The translations under genes and the position numbers were made by a program. 64,000 bases of DNA from Chiloscyllium plagiosum. Lineage: Eukaryota. The number at the start of each line of letters is the position of its first letter. Position 1 is the first letter of the stretch. This document shows, piece by piece, positions 13,146-26,429 of this stretch. Location: the NCBI RefSeq assembly GCF_004010195.1, contig NC_057719.1, positions 79,345,678 through 79,409,677 of the forward strand. Direction: 5' to 3'. The notes under the pieces are model-generated. The model had not been told where the DNA came from. It ran no database searches and saw only the letters and a program-made list of their open reading frames with translations.

Positions 13146-14156
13146 CTACTGATTCTTAAAACAATATTTTCAATGTGGAATTCTCAAGCCTATTTTGGGA
13201 TAATGTGGGTAATATTATAACATTAGACAATTGTTATAGGCTTTTTGAGGAACTGGTGCCATTGGAATATTTTCTGAAGCTAGAGCATTCCGCACTTTTA
13301 GTGAGTCCAAATGGAGACTAATTGATGATTAATCACCATAGTCAGCAATACCTCCTTTTATTACTGCATAGTATGACACACTGATATTGTGAACTACATG
13401 GACCTTGGACCTCTCTCATCCAGCAGTTCTTATCTTCCAGTTCTGCCTCTTAGTTAAACAGAAGCCTCTCCAATTCTCTGGTAGCTGTAAAGAGCAGGTT
13501 CATGCTTCAAGTTTTTTGAATGAGGTAATAAACTGAGGACCTCTTAGCTGGAGCTAATAAATTGCTGTTCGGAAGTCGACTTGGAGAGTGGGGGGGGGGG
13601 ACTTTCTTGAGCGATCAGGCCAGAATTCACCCTTTAATCGCTGTCCCCACAGACAGATTTATCAGCTTGTTTGTGGGCTCTTGCTGTGTGCTGCCATGTT
13701 GCCATTGTTACGGAGAGATGAGAATTTTTATTACGCAGCAAGTTATTATGATCTGGAATGCACCGTCTGCAAGTGTGGTGGAGACAGAGATTAATTGGGA
13801 ACTCTCGGAATTTAAATTGGTAACATATATTTGAAGAGGAAAGATTCGTGGTCAACAAGTTGGGAGCAGGGCTATCTCCAACTATGAAATTGGCTAGCTG
13901 TTGTAAAGAACCTGGATCAGGTCAGTGGGCTATATGGCCTCCCACTTGTAAGATTCCAAGAGTGGACAGGACCTTCAGGAGAACTCGTCTCCACATCTGT
14001 GAAAAATGGTGCCAACCTCATGCTGGGCACACGTGCCTTTGGAGGGCTTTCTGATTGCACAACAACACTCTTCAGACGTTTTGGTTGAATCCATTTGGCT
14101 GTCAAAAGCCTTTTTCAACCTGCTACATATTAACAGACACCGATTTTTAATCGGGA

Positions 14157-14285
14157 GGGAGAAAGTGAGGACTGCACGTGCTGGAGATGAGAGTCGAGAG
14201 TGTGGTGCTGGAAAAGCACAGCCGGTCAGGCAATATCTGAGGAGCAGAAGAATCAACATTTCGGGCATAAGCCCTTCATCAGGAA
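14157..14285 (-). mobile_element. Short Penelope-derived element with hammerhead-like core
   Basis: Same approx. 130-bp sequence as 11040-11168; minus strand reads CTGATGA-agggcttatgccc-GAAA-tgtt. Confidence 0.8.
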
Positions 14286-14529
14286 GATTTTTTAAAATCA
14301 GTCAGGGAATCTAGGGTTATGGGGTAAAGGCAGAAAAACGGAGCTGAGGGTACTCAGATCAACCATGATCTCATTGAATGGCAGAGCAGACATGATGGGC
14401 TGAATGGCCTATTTCTGGTCCTACATCATATATGGTCTAATAGTGTTAGATAAAGGAAAGAAAGCCCGCACATAATTGAGAAAAATGGTAATTATACACA
14501 GCAGTGGTTGATAAGAATGATGTACTTAC

Positions 14530-15015
14530 CTGGTCTCCCTGGGAAAGGAAAGATGTTGTGAAAATTTGAAAGGGTTCAGAAAATACTTTTAATCCTGTTG
14601 CCAGGACTGGAGGGCTTGAGCTAAAGGGAGAGGCTAAGTAAGCTGGGGCTGTTTTCACTGGAGCGGGCGGAGGCCATGGAGGGACCTTATATAGAGGTTT
14701 ATAGAACCAGGAGAAGCATAGATAAGGTGAATAGCAAAGGTTTTTTATTCCCCCTATGGTGGAGGTGTCCAAAACTAGAGGGCACAGGTTTAAGATGAGA
14801 GAGGCAACTTTTTAACAGAGGGTGGTGCGTGTATGGAACGAGTTGCCAGATGAAGTGGTGTAAGCTGATACAATTGCAACATTTAAAAGGCATCTGGATG
14901 AGTACGTGAGTAGGAAGGGTTTAGAGGGATATGGACCAAGTGCTGGCAAATGGAATAGATTAATTTAAGATATCTGGTCAGCAAGGACAGGTTGGACTGC
15001 TGTATGACTCTATGA
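14530..15015 (+). mobile_element. CR1 LINE 3' fragment
   Basis: Reverse-complement match to 12385-12910. Confidence 0.8.
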
Positions 15016-15380
15016 CCTTTGCCAGTTCCTGACATGCCTACTGTCCTCAGCAATGTCCTCCTTTCTTGGGTAATGTTGCCAGGGCCTCCAAGCTTCTGAT
15101 CCTAGCAATGGACTGGTGGCACCAGTTGGTCTGCCAACCTTAATTGGACAAAGGATCCATAGGGGATTGATTGGAAGGAGGACACATGGGAACATTGCCA
15201 GCCATTGTGGCTTCTTAGTGTCAATCATAATCAAACCCTTGTTTGCTTGCCACTTGAATCAGAGCATAAGGAATCGGAGTGATAGGGAATCACTGGCCCT
15301 TCGAACACTGCCCTACCATCCAGTATGATCTTAGCTGGTCTTCAGTTTCAATTTCGTTTCTCCACGTGCTCACTAGATGC

Positions 15381-16022
15381 TGTGACGCAGCTGCTCCTTT
15401 AACAAGGTTATGCTGTCCTTGGCATTTTTTTCAGAGAGGTTGTAAAACACCCAGACTCTGAAACGTCTGGGGTTGAAGGGTTTTAGGGCCAATTTGATAA
15501 CAGCCATCAGATACTGCCTCAGGCAGAATGCTTTCAAGTTTTAAAAAAAGCATTTGTACAATGAAGAGAGAGTGGCCAGTTCTCCCAGCTCAGCTTTTCT
15601 CTGGTCTGGTCTGGTTTGGTTTGGTTTGGTTTTTTAGTAGTGGTGTGGAAAAAGCAGCTGGATCCAAAGAAGCAGGTCCAGGCTGGTACTCTCTCTCTGA
15701 CTCCCATCCTGTAAGACCGTGTTTGATTTGACCTTTTCTGCCAAGGGATGTTTATGGGGATTGTTGCTAGTATTTGGAAAAACATCATTAAGTTGGGATG
15801 ATCTGTTGGGTTTTGGAGGGGTTAAGGTATTCTATATTCTGCTTTCTGTTGATTGTGTTTCATTCAGTAATTTTGTAAATAAATTCTGCTTTGGTTAAAA
15901 TTAAGTGGTTTGATCAGCAGCATCTCTCCTAGAATACCCACTCTACACCTTAAAACAACTAGCAATTAGGGTCTGGGCTATCTTCTTGAAATGCTTTGAG
16001 GGGTCTGGTCTGGTCCATTATA
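15381..16022 (+). mobile_element. Probable solo LTR
   Basis: About 640 bp starting TGTGAC, with an internal AATAAA near 15878 and LTR-like composition; no clear target-site duplication seen. Confidence 0.45.
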
Positions 16023-17843
16023 ATGGCTCCGAGAAATCAAACATTTTTGAGTCCCAGCCTCGAATATCTCCAACAGTGGAGCACCTAAAGCCTTCTAGGA
16101 TGGAGAATCCCAAAGATTCATGGCTCTGAAGGAAGAGCTCTCGTGACCAGCCCAAATGCTCAGTCCCTTAGCTGAGCCTGTGCACTCCCCAACTGGTTCT
16201 GAATTGCACAGCCAGCGCGCCTCTGTGTCTACCCTCTTTTTAGAATCAGTTCCAGGGTTTGCTCACTTTGTTTATATCCCTCATCTGTTTCCTTTACCCC
16301 TCCCTGTCAATTTGTGTGGCAGGTTTCCCTGCTGCCTCCTGCTGATTGGTATGTCAGGAAACACTTTTTCAGACAAAAAGGTTGGTGGAAATCTGGACCA
16401 CTCCAACCTCTCTTCCCACCACCATTGAGGTTGGGAGCTGGAGCAGTGAGGGGAAGGTACGGGCTATCCATTGAAAACTGATTGGTAGATTTCCCTGAGA
16501 CAACGCAAGCCAGGCATGAAATACATATCAGGAATAATCTAACAGAATAGTACAACACAATTGAGGGGCCGAATGGCCTTCTCCACAACCCCACTGCAAG
16601 AAAGTACTAATGAAGCTCTGAAATAAAAAGATTGGCATTTACATGGGGCATTTCATTGCCACTGGACACTGGAAAAGCCAGCAAAGTGCTTGTGAGGTGT
16701 ATCCTTGCTACTGTCAAAAAGAGTCTGGTAATTTTTGCAAGAGGATAATAGCAAGATCATCTAAGTGTATGTATAGATTGAGTGTTAAGCATCGATTTAG
16801 AATTCTTGAGTTAACTTCCCTAATCATCCATAGGAGTTTTCAGATTCACTTGGGTAGGCAAAAGGGGCAAAAATAGAATCTGGTCAGAAACCTCCGAGCT
16901 GGATGGAGATGATTATTATGGCTCAGTCTGTATGGCTTGTTGAGAGGTTGTTTCCCTCTGCGTTTCCCCTCCCCCCTCCACTGTAATCCCCAAGTAATCC
17001 TCCTAACTGGAACACCAGAAAAACGTGTTAAGGAGATCACTGCAAAGACTTTAATGAAGGACGTGTTTCCAAGTCAGAGACAAGGGGATTGACACCCGTC
17101 GCCGTACCTGATTATCAACAGTCTACCTGGTTTAATAAAGGCCTCCTTTTCCTTTCTTTTGTTCTTTTTGTTCAACTTTATTCCATGTTTTCTGTGGCTC
17201 GGGGAGCACTGAGGCAGAGTCCGATCCCGCAGAGTTGAGGCCTTTCTGTAGGCCGCAAGTCCCTAGTGTAATATTGACAGAGGCCTGTACTACTGGAAGT
17301 ACCATCTTTTTGAATGATGCATTAAACCAAGGCCACATCTCTCAGCTGTTTATAGACCACCTCATGACACAACTAGGAGAAGATGGCCAGCATTTATCCC
17401 CCCCAACCTTTGTCACTTAAATCACAGGCTACAGTGTCATTGTTGCTGCTTTCAGTGCGAATTGGCTGTCTTGTTTCCTACCTTTTAGAAATGTGACGAC
17501 ACTTCAGAAAGTACAGACTTGGCTAGGAAGTGCTAGGGAAGAAAAGACCGAATGAGCAAGCCTCTCATTTCGATGGCGCCTCCCATGACCACAGGATGTT
17601 CTAAAGAATTTTACAACTAGTGTAGGTACTTCTGAAGTGTGGTAATTGTTGTATTGTGTGATTGGCATAAAGCTTTGAGGTTTGCTAATGATCATATATT
17701 TAACATAATCTATGGCCTGTTCATGCACTCCCAGACTGCCTGTAAAATGGAGTATCTCTCTGATTGCTCTCTCTAATGTCTAAAACCATATGTGAATGCG
17801 GAACTATAAAATGCCCTCCTTTTGTCTTTCTCACCTCTTCCAG

Positions 17844-18301
17844 AATCTCCGAGGACTTCTTCTGCCTCTTCTCTGAGCAGCCATGACAGGATGTCCACAG
17901 TCACCACCTCCACCAGCTCCATGTCAGTCAACACAGACTGCTCGGACAACGAGCGCCCGGTGAGTGTCGGCTCATCGGGCTCCCTGCCAGATTGGCGCGG
18001 TGCCACTGGGACCCCTCCCCCGGGCACCCAGACCCCAGAGGCTGGGCCCCCAGGGGAGGAGTGCATCCAGGTGGAGTTGACGCCCCATCTGCGGGCACTG
18101 AAGGCTGACCGAGTGTGCAACAACAACAACAACATTCAGAACCGCAGGAGCCCCGATGGCAGCTACCACCAGGTCCCTTTGTCTCCCATAGCGACCAGGG
18201 CCATGGCCCCCAACCCCAAGCTGTCGTACGTGGACAGGGTGGTCATGGAGATAATTGAAACCGAGCGGATGTATGTGCAGGACCTGCGGAGCATTGTTGA
18301 G
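17844..18301 (+). CDS. PLEKHG3: RhoGEF exon: Ser-rich N-terminus and start of DH domain (ESPRTSS...RPVSVGSS...NNNNN...KLSYVDRVVMEIIETERMYVQDLRSIVE)
   Basis: Polypyrimidine tract + CAG at 17841-17843; GAG|GTGGGT donor; first DH helix motif typical of PLEKHG1/2/3; 458 nt, phase 1 to 0. Confidence 0.93.
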
Positions 18302-20099
18302 GTGGGTGTGTGGTTGCCTTTCTCTGTTTAATTTCACCGAACTCAATGTCAATGAGGTTAGAATTTTATAAACAAATCAGGATGATAAAACCCAAAATGT
18401 ATCAGGAGATAGGTTGTGGTTAACAATGGCATCTTATTTGGAAAGCAAGTTTCTTTGTTATTGGGAAAAGTTGGGGCTGGTCATGGTAAAGACTAATGGC
18501 GTTATTCTTCCAATGAACTGAGATGACCGAATGGGCTGAAAGGCCACCTCAGTGCTGTAAAATTCAAATGTGTCTCAAACCCCCTCAACACAAAACCGAA
18601 GGATCCCTCAAAGGATTCCAGTTCAAATTGGTCTGTGTTTGTTTCAGTCAGGCCATTGTGAAAGATTTCTTCAAACACTCTAGCAAGCCATCTTCCTAGC
18701 TCAATCTTCACACTCTTACCTCAGGATTGTAAAGGCTTGGGTTCACGTCTTTTCTATCCCCTCAGGCAGACATAAAGGAATCAATGGCATTATTGCTTGG
18801 TGACCTGGACAGTTTTATCCTTTGTTTGTGATCTTGTGCTCTTACAAAAATGAGCAGGAGTAGACCATTCGGTCCATTGACCTTGCTCCACCATCCAATA
18901 TGGTCACGGTTAATCTTGGGTTTCCTTTCTGGCTGCTCCTATTGTTCCTCAGAAAGAGAGAGAGAGATCAACAATTTGGTCTATCTCTGCCTTAAATCTA
19001 TTCAGCAATAGAGGATTCACAAACCTCTGGTGTAGTGAATTCTCAAAGTATACAATTCCTTTGAAGTAATTCCACCCACACTCTCTCCTCAAATGATCTG
19101 TCCCTTTGTCTGTGTGTTAAATTCTTCAACGGCAGAAGCAATTTCTCTGCATCTGCCTTACAACGAGAACCATGTATCTTTTTCGTTGTAACTAACTTGT
19201 ATCTGTCCTGATGGGAATATAGGAGGTCTAATGCTTGCAATTTTCCAAACCCTGAAGTTTAATATATGATGGTCTGAAGATTCCTGAGCTCAATCCTGGC
19301 CTAGGATGGGAAAGGATCAATATGTTGCTGAGGTAGCCAACTTAAAATTAGTTTCTCTGCATTTAAAATCCAAGTCACATATTTCTTCCTGCAGACCTGC
19401 ACCATCAAGGGAGTTGAATTCTTGCTGTAGGCATGTCACATCCTACAAGAAGAGTTCACCCTATGGCTCTGTAGTTGTTAATGCTGGGACTCCTGTTGCT
19501 TTACCTCAACTTTCTTTCCTTTGTGAATATGATTCTCTGTACAAGTGTCTGGGTTGAGTTTCTGCTGGTGTAGTTCCCTTATAGCTTGGTTCAAGCCTTG
19601 TTTCTGAGTACCATTTGATGTAATTTCTGAGTGATTGTATGTTGCACACCTCTTAAGTATCTTCTTTTCCATACTGTGGCTGATTGGAGTCAGAGTTTTA
19701 CACCATTGTGTCACTTTATACACCATCCACTATCTTATTGCCCACTCTCTATAATCTATTGATTGTTATTGCAGCTCCTGTGTGTCTTTTCCACACTGCT
19801 TCATAACCATCAACAAATTTAGATACACTACTGGCTGTCTCTACGTCTAAGTCATTAATAGAAATTGTGAATAGCTGAATCTTGCAGCACTGTCTTCAAA
19901 CTCGAAAATGCCATGTTATGCCCACACTGCTCCATGTCTGTTATGCAGTCCTCTAATCATGCTAATATATAATCACCAACTCCATGAGATCTTGGCATGT
20001 GTGCTAACCCTATTGAATGCCTTTTGGAAATCTGGGTGTGCAACAGTGAAATCCTGATGACTCCAATCCCAAGGGATCTGTCCATTAATTTTTTTAGTT

Positions 20100-21290
20100 T
20101 ACTTTATCCTCCTTCATGGCATGTGGGCATGTCTGGCTAGGCAAGCATTTTCTTTCTGTTCCTAACTGCCCCAGAGAATGTAGCAGTGAGCTGTCGTCTT
20201 CAACCACTGCATTGTAAGGATACCCGCAGTGCTGTTAGGAAGGGTGTTCCAGGGTTTTGTGAAGGAATGCTGGTACACTTCCAAGTCAGGATGGTTTGTG
20301 ATGTTTGTAGATGATAGTCCTCTTCGTTTCTGGGTGATAGAGGTCACAGTTTGGAAGATGCTGTCGGAGGAATCTTGGTGAGTTACGACTGTGAATCTTG
20401 AAGGTGATACACACACACTATGCCACTGTGCATCATTGATAAAAGGAGTTAATGTTGAAGTGGTGATGGGCCGGCACTCAAGTGGGATCCTTTGTCCAGA
20501 ATGGTGTCAAGCTGTTGTTGGAGCTGAACTTGTCAGCTGAGTGGGAAGTATTCCACCGCACTCTGAAGATTCCCGATCTCAATCCTGGCCTAGGATGTGG
20601 ATAGTGAGTTACGCTACATTATTCCCAGCCTCTGATCTGCTCTTGTCACCACTGTATTTATATAGCTGGTCCAGTTCAGTGTTTGGTCAATGGTAGCCTC
20701 CCAGGAAGGTGGTAGTGGAGGTTTCGGTGATTGTGATGCCATTGAATGTCGAGAGGTGATGGTTAGATTTCAGCTTATTCAAGATGGTCATTGCCTGGTA
20801 ATTCTATGGTGCAGAAGTTACTTGTCACACGTTAGTCCGAGCCTAAATGTTGTCCAGTTCTTGATATAAATGGACACAAACTGCCTGTTTGTCTTAGGAG
20901 TTGAGAATGATGTTGAAGATTATAGTTGAGAATGATGTTGAAGATTATGCAATTATCAGTGAACTCTATATCTCTTTCCTGTATTTTGTCTCATCATTGT
21001 TTGCAATCTGGCCTACAACAGCAAGCTTGTAGATGGAGTTAGAATAGAATTTCAATCTCAGGATGGAGGTACGGTCAATGATGAAGCAGCTGAAGGTGGT
21101 TGGGTCAAGGACTGTACTCTGAGAAAGTCCAGCATTGATGGTCTGAATCTTTAACAATCACAACGGTCTTTCGTTGTGCCAGGTATGACTCCAGTTAGTG
21201 GAGAGGCTTCCCTGTGATTCCAGTTGACACCAGCTTGCTAGGGTTTTTCAATGGCAAACTTGACCAAATACTGACTTAATGCCAAGGGAA
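20100..21290 (-). mobile_element. CR1/Zenon-like LINE fragment
   Basis: Collinear with 62130-62950; INAGLSQSTVLDPTTFSCFI is a decayed GVPQGSVLGP RT motif. Confidence 0.75.
20899..20948. repeat. Perfect 25-bp tandem duplication inside a LINE fragment
   Basis: agttgagaatgatgttgaagattat x2. Confidence 0.9.
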
Positions 21291-22124
21291 GTTTTGAGAC
21301 AGCGAGAGAGTACCATGTAACCTAGTTTGTCAAAAGAAGTGTAAGGTGGAAACAGAGAACATGTGAAAAATGTCTTTGTTAACCGATTTGTTCACAACTT
21401 ACAACACCCTGACCTTGCAAAAGGCATTAAAAATGTTTGCCCGGAATTAACTCTGGAAATATTTATAATGACGTCTGACAAGCTTGTACAAGTTCAGCTA
21501 ATCCAGAGTTACCAGCATGAAATTTTGACTCATTTGTGATCTAATTATTCTTTTGTTGATGTGTGGGTGTGAGCCTCTGTAATGTGAATTGATGCTGAAT
21601 GGTGACTAGCATTAAATTTGTTCAAATGTTATTTACAATTGCAGCTGGAGATCTGAACCCAGATTTGTTTGTGGGAAGACCTATTAAGAGCTTGTGGACA
21701 ATATAGCTCCAGTACTTTCTGTTCCTGGAGCACTTTCCATGCACTGACATTACTGTGACAGCCAACAAGTATGGACATAGTGTCTGTCACATTGGGAGCA
21801 GCTTTGTATGGATTGTTTCAGGAACTTCACATCTATTAATTTTGTGGATAACTAGATTTTCTTTATAAATATGTCAGTAAAGGGAGAGTTGAACATTTCC
21901 TTTTAACAAGGTATTTCTTGGAGTACTGGGACTAAAGAAAGACTCCTTCCATCTTGGTCATAACAGGACCAACACTGTATGAGAAAAGTACCAAACCTGA
22001 AACAACAAATTTCATTGGTGTGTCAATACAAACTTTGTGTAATACTCGGGTCACCAGCTCGGATTATACTCCTTACTCCATCCCTGGTGATAGGTCAGTA
22101 ACCAGCGATTCTTCACATTCTCAT

Positions 22125-23060
22125 TTTGGTTTGATTTATTATTGTCGCATCTACCTAGGTACTATGGAACGTTTTGTTTGTGTGCAGTAGAGGCAGATCA
22201 CACCATACAAAATGCATTACGGTAATAGAACAAAGCGAGGAATACAATGGTACAGCTGCAGAGAAGGTGCACAAAGAGTGAAGTCAACATTAAATTTAAA
22301 ATTTGAGAGTTCCATTCAAAAGCTTATTAACAACAGGGAATAAGTCATTCTTGAATTTTTTGGTATGTGTTGAAGTTTTTGTATCTTCTTCAGTCTGAGA
22401 GAAGAGGTTGGAAGAGAGTATAACCGGGGTAGGACGGGTCTTTGATCATGTTGGCTGCCTTTCCAAGGCAGTGTGAAGTATAGATGGAGTCAGTGGATGA
22501 GAGGTTAGCTTGGGCTGGACTGGGCTGGGCTGTGTTCACAACTCTGTAGTTCCTTACGGTCTTGGGCAGAGCATATCAAGCCATGACGCATCTGGATAGA
22601 ATGCTTACTATGGTGCATCTATGAAAATTGGTACGAGTCTTTCTGGCCATGTCGAATCTTGTTAGCTTCCTGAGGAGGTAGAGGCGATGTTGTGCTTTCT
22701 TGACCATAACATTAATGTGAGTAGACCAGGACAAATTGTCGGTGACCATTACTTGATGCTTTTGGTCATCTCCACCTCAGTACTGTTAGTGCAGGCAGGG
22801 GCTTTCTCTTTATTTTGCTTCCTGAAGTCAATGACCAGCTCTTTCATTTTGCTGACGTTGAGGAAGAGATTGTTATCTTTGCACCAGGCCGCTGAGCACT
22901 CTTATCTCTTTCCTGTATTCTGTCTTGTCATTGTTTGAGGTCTGTCCTACAACTGTGGTGTCATCAGCAACTTGCAAATGGAGTTAGGATGGAATTCGGC
23001 CACAAAGTCTTGAGTGTATAGGGAGAACAGTAAGTCCTTAGTATGTAGCTTTGCAGGGTA
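22125..23060 (-). mobile_element. Rex1/Babar-like LINE 3' fragment
   Basis: Minus strand reads VKKAQHRLYLLRKL...TNFHRCTIVSILSRC. Confidence 0.7.
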
Positions 23061-23530
23061 CAGCTCCATAACTTTCTGCTCTAATACAATCTACGTTTTA
23101 ACTGCACCTTAGGGGAATGTTACCACTTGTGACTGGGTATGTTGCAAGATTCCAAGCACCCATCTTTTCATTTACTGAAATCATAGGGATTTTGAGGTTG
23201 GCTGTTTTGGGATTTATAGAAACTCTATTTCTGTCCCTGATTGACTTTTTCACCTCATCTTTAATAAAAAGCAAAGTACTGTTGATTCTGGAGATCTGAT
23301 CAAAGAGCAAAAAGTACTGTAGAAACTCAGCAAGTTTGGCAGATTCAGTGGAGAGAGAAACAAAGTTAACATTTTGAGTCCAATATGAATCTTCTTTAGA
23401 AGCATTTACCTTTTTAGATGGTTTCTGCATGAAGTTTCCCAGACAGGGCCGACCTTTGCAAACCTGTCTAGGAATTCACAAACCCAGCCACAAATAAGCA
23501 ATAAATTGAAGCTTTTACACTCAGTGGAGT

Positions 23531-23617
23531 TGAAAAATGTGTTGCTGGAAAAGCGCAGCAGGTGAGGCAGCATCCAAGGAGCAGGAGAATCGACGTTTCG
23601 GGCATAAGCCCTTCAGG
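23531..23617 (-). mobile_element. Truncated Penelope-derived element flanked by a 12-bp direct repeat
   Basis: ACTCAGTGGAGT at 23519-23530 and 23618-23629. Confidence 0.8.
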
Positions 23618-23731
23618 ACTCAGTGGAGTGTCACTTTCTGCAGTTTAAATGTCCAGCAGACACATTGACAGCTACTGAGTGATTATATAGGGTAAGTGAA
23701 GTGGTTAGGTGTCAACTGCAAGGGTTTTTTT

Positions 23732-24045
23732 TTAGATTAGATTAGATTACTTAGTGTGGAAACAGGCCTAACAAGTCCACACCGACCCGCCGAAATGCAA
23801 CCCACCCAGACCCATTCCGCTACGTTTACTCCTTCACCTAACTCTACGGGCAATTTAGCATGGCCCATTCTCCTAACCTGCACGTCTTTGGACTGTGGGA
23901 GGAAACCGGAGCACCTGGAGGAAACCCACGCAGACATGGGGAGAATGTGCAAACTTCACACAGTCAGTCGCCTGAGGCTGGAATTGAACCCAGGTCTCTG
24001 ATGCTGTGAGGCAGCAGTGCTAACCACTGTGCCACCATGCTGCCC
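23732..24045 (-). mobile_element. HE1-like SINE, full length
   Basis: Intact head, body and (ttaga)n tail. Confidence 0.9.
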
Positions 24046-24704
24046 ATTTTGTTGGAGGCATATGTTTTTTGAGTGGGGGAGAGGTCTTAGTTACGTACGA
24101 GCTAGAGCAGATTTGTTTATCCTGCAAATTTTCCGAGGTCACCATCAAGCTTAAGTGAGACTGAAGTCTCTGACTTCAAAGGACTTTTCCATTGGTTCTG
24201 GAAGTTTCCTTTTTTTTTCAGGCAGTTCTCTTGGACTCAGCTGCATCAGGAGTTCTGCATGCTCAGCCTGGCATTCTAATGGATCAAACCTTCACCCATT
24301 CACTTCTCCTTGCTTTAATTCCAAAGTTCCCACTTTCACTGAATGGATCAAATTACTTCCTGTTCCTTCCCATTGTAGAGATTTCCGATGGATTAAACCC
24401 CTTCTGATTCTTCCCAAATGAGGAGGACAAGATGTATAATTACCCAGTTGGGTATTTCTCTGTTCATTTTTTGCACACCATCCAAACATTTTATATACCT
24501 AGAATTAAGCTTTAATCCAGCTTTTGTCACTGTTCTGTTTGCCCATGTGTCAGGGGTCTTAAATCAAAACTAATGGGGGAAGGTGAGATTGCATCAATAT
24601 TCTGTGGGTAACTCAGTCGTTACAACAATGAAGAGAACAAGAGTGTGCCTTAATATAACACATTTCTTTACAGCCAATTTAAGTATACTTGAAATAATTA
24701 ATTT

Positions 24705-25024
24705 GATTAGATTTCCCACAGTGTGGAAACGGGCCGTTTAGCCCAACAAGTCCACACCGACCCTTTGCAGCGTAACCCCCCCCCCTCCCCTCTGACTAAT
24801 GCACCTAACAACTATGGACAATTTGGCACGGCCAATTCACCTGACCTGCACATCTTTGGAATGTGGGAGGAAACCGGAGCACCCGGAGGACACCCGGAGG
24901 AAACCCACGCAGACACTGGGAGAATGTGCAAACTCCACATAGACAGTTGCCCGAGGCTGAAATCGAACCTGGGACCTTGGTGCTGTGAGGCAGCAGTGCT
25001 AACCACTGAGCCACCATACTGCCC
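24705..25024 (-). mobile_element. HE1-like SINE
   Basis: Full length, with an internal 11-bp duplication cacccggagga x2. Confidence 0.88.
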
Positions 25025-26429
25025 ATCACCAGTGTATGATTCTTTTAACAGCTAGCTATAAACGATAGCCAGATAATCTGTCATGTTCTTTGAAGGTTAT
25101 GTATGAGCCAGGACCCAGGGGAACTCTCTTGCATTTCTTTCAAATACTAAGTTGGTCTCTTGAGTCCATTTGGTTAAATATTGGTAAAATATTTAAAATC
25201 AGTTAAATATCTCCCCTGAAGATGGCCCCTCTGACAGTGTAGCTTTCCCTCTGTGTACTGCATTGGAGTGTCAAGTGAGACTGTGGGCACTGGGTCTCTA
25301 GGCTTGGAGCTGGACTAGAACCCATGTCTCTGACTCAGGCAGGAGCACCACCATGACAAACAGCTAGACCCTGACCCCATATCTATGTGGGGATTACTTC
25401 CTGCTCAGGCTTGAACCAGACAATGAGTACTTTTGGAAATTTCTAAGATCACTTTCAAGTCCAGAAGATCACTTTAAAGCTGATATCCATTGTCACTGAC
25501 TTTGTTTTATCATGAGATATGTGTTCTGTTACTATGATTAAAGTTTTCTTGAATACTCTCCATAGTGTTGGTATTTACCCTTCAGAAAAAGGCATAACCT
25601 GATCTTTGATATAAAAAGCTGTAGTAAGACTGATTGATTCTTTTAACTCTATCTGATTCTCAAAAATTGTGCAAATGCTTGAAGGCAGTGGCATTTACTA
25701 TATTCTGTTGAGGTTATTAGTTTGCATCAGTAACACAGCCTAGTAGTTTAGATTGGCAATGCCCTTTGGACCTTGTTTAAACAAAGACTTCATTATATAG
25801 AGAGCGATACAGTATGTCGGACAGGAATGCACCTTGGAGAGGGCGCAGAGGAGATTTTGCGAACTTGTTGAGAGGATTGAGAATCTGGTTTTATTCTCCC
25901 TCTGTGTAGGCTAAGGAAAGATTTGGAAGAGGCATTCTAAACGATGAAGGTTTTGATAGAATAAGGAAGGGGAAACTGTGTTCACCGACCGGAAAGTTGG
26001 TAAACAGCAAAATAGACACAAGTTAAATATTTTGAAAGCGTGGAGAGGTTTTCTTTATATGCAGTGAGTTGTAATTGAAATGCAACGCTTGAAAGGGTGG
26101 TGCAGACAGGTTCAATAACAACTTACAAAGTGTCATTGGATAGATGCTGGAAAGTGAATATGGGCGAAGAACAGATAAGAGTGGTGTAGTTCCTTCTAAG
26201 GTTGACCCAAATGGAATGGACCAAATACCTCTCGTACTGCATCTTCCTACAACTGTCCCAGAGTATTCCCTGTCAAGGCTACTGTCCACAAACCTCTCCT
26301 GACTGTTGTGTTCTTCGTCCAATTTCCTTTTTCTGACACCTGCCGATCCACATTGTTGCAGCAGCCCCGAGAGTCACCCCTGGTGGCTCAGAAATATCCC
26401 TGAAAATGGTAGATCAATGCAAGGGGGGG

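Noticed and set aside
17773..18352. Minus-strand ORFs of 120 and 126 aa
   Set aside because: Antisense shadows of the real coding exon.
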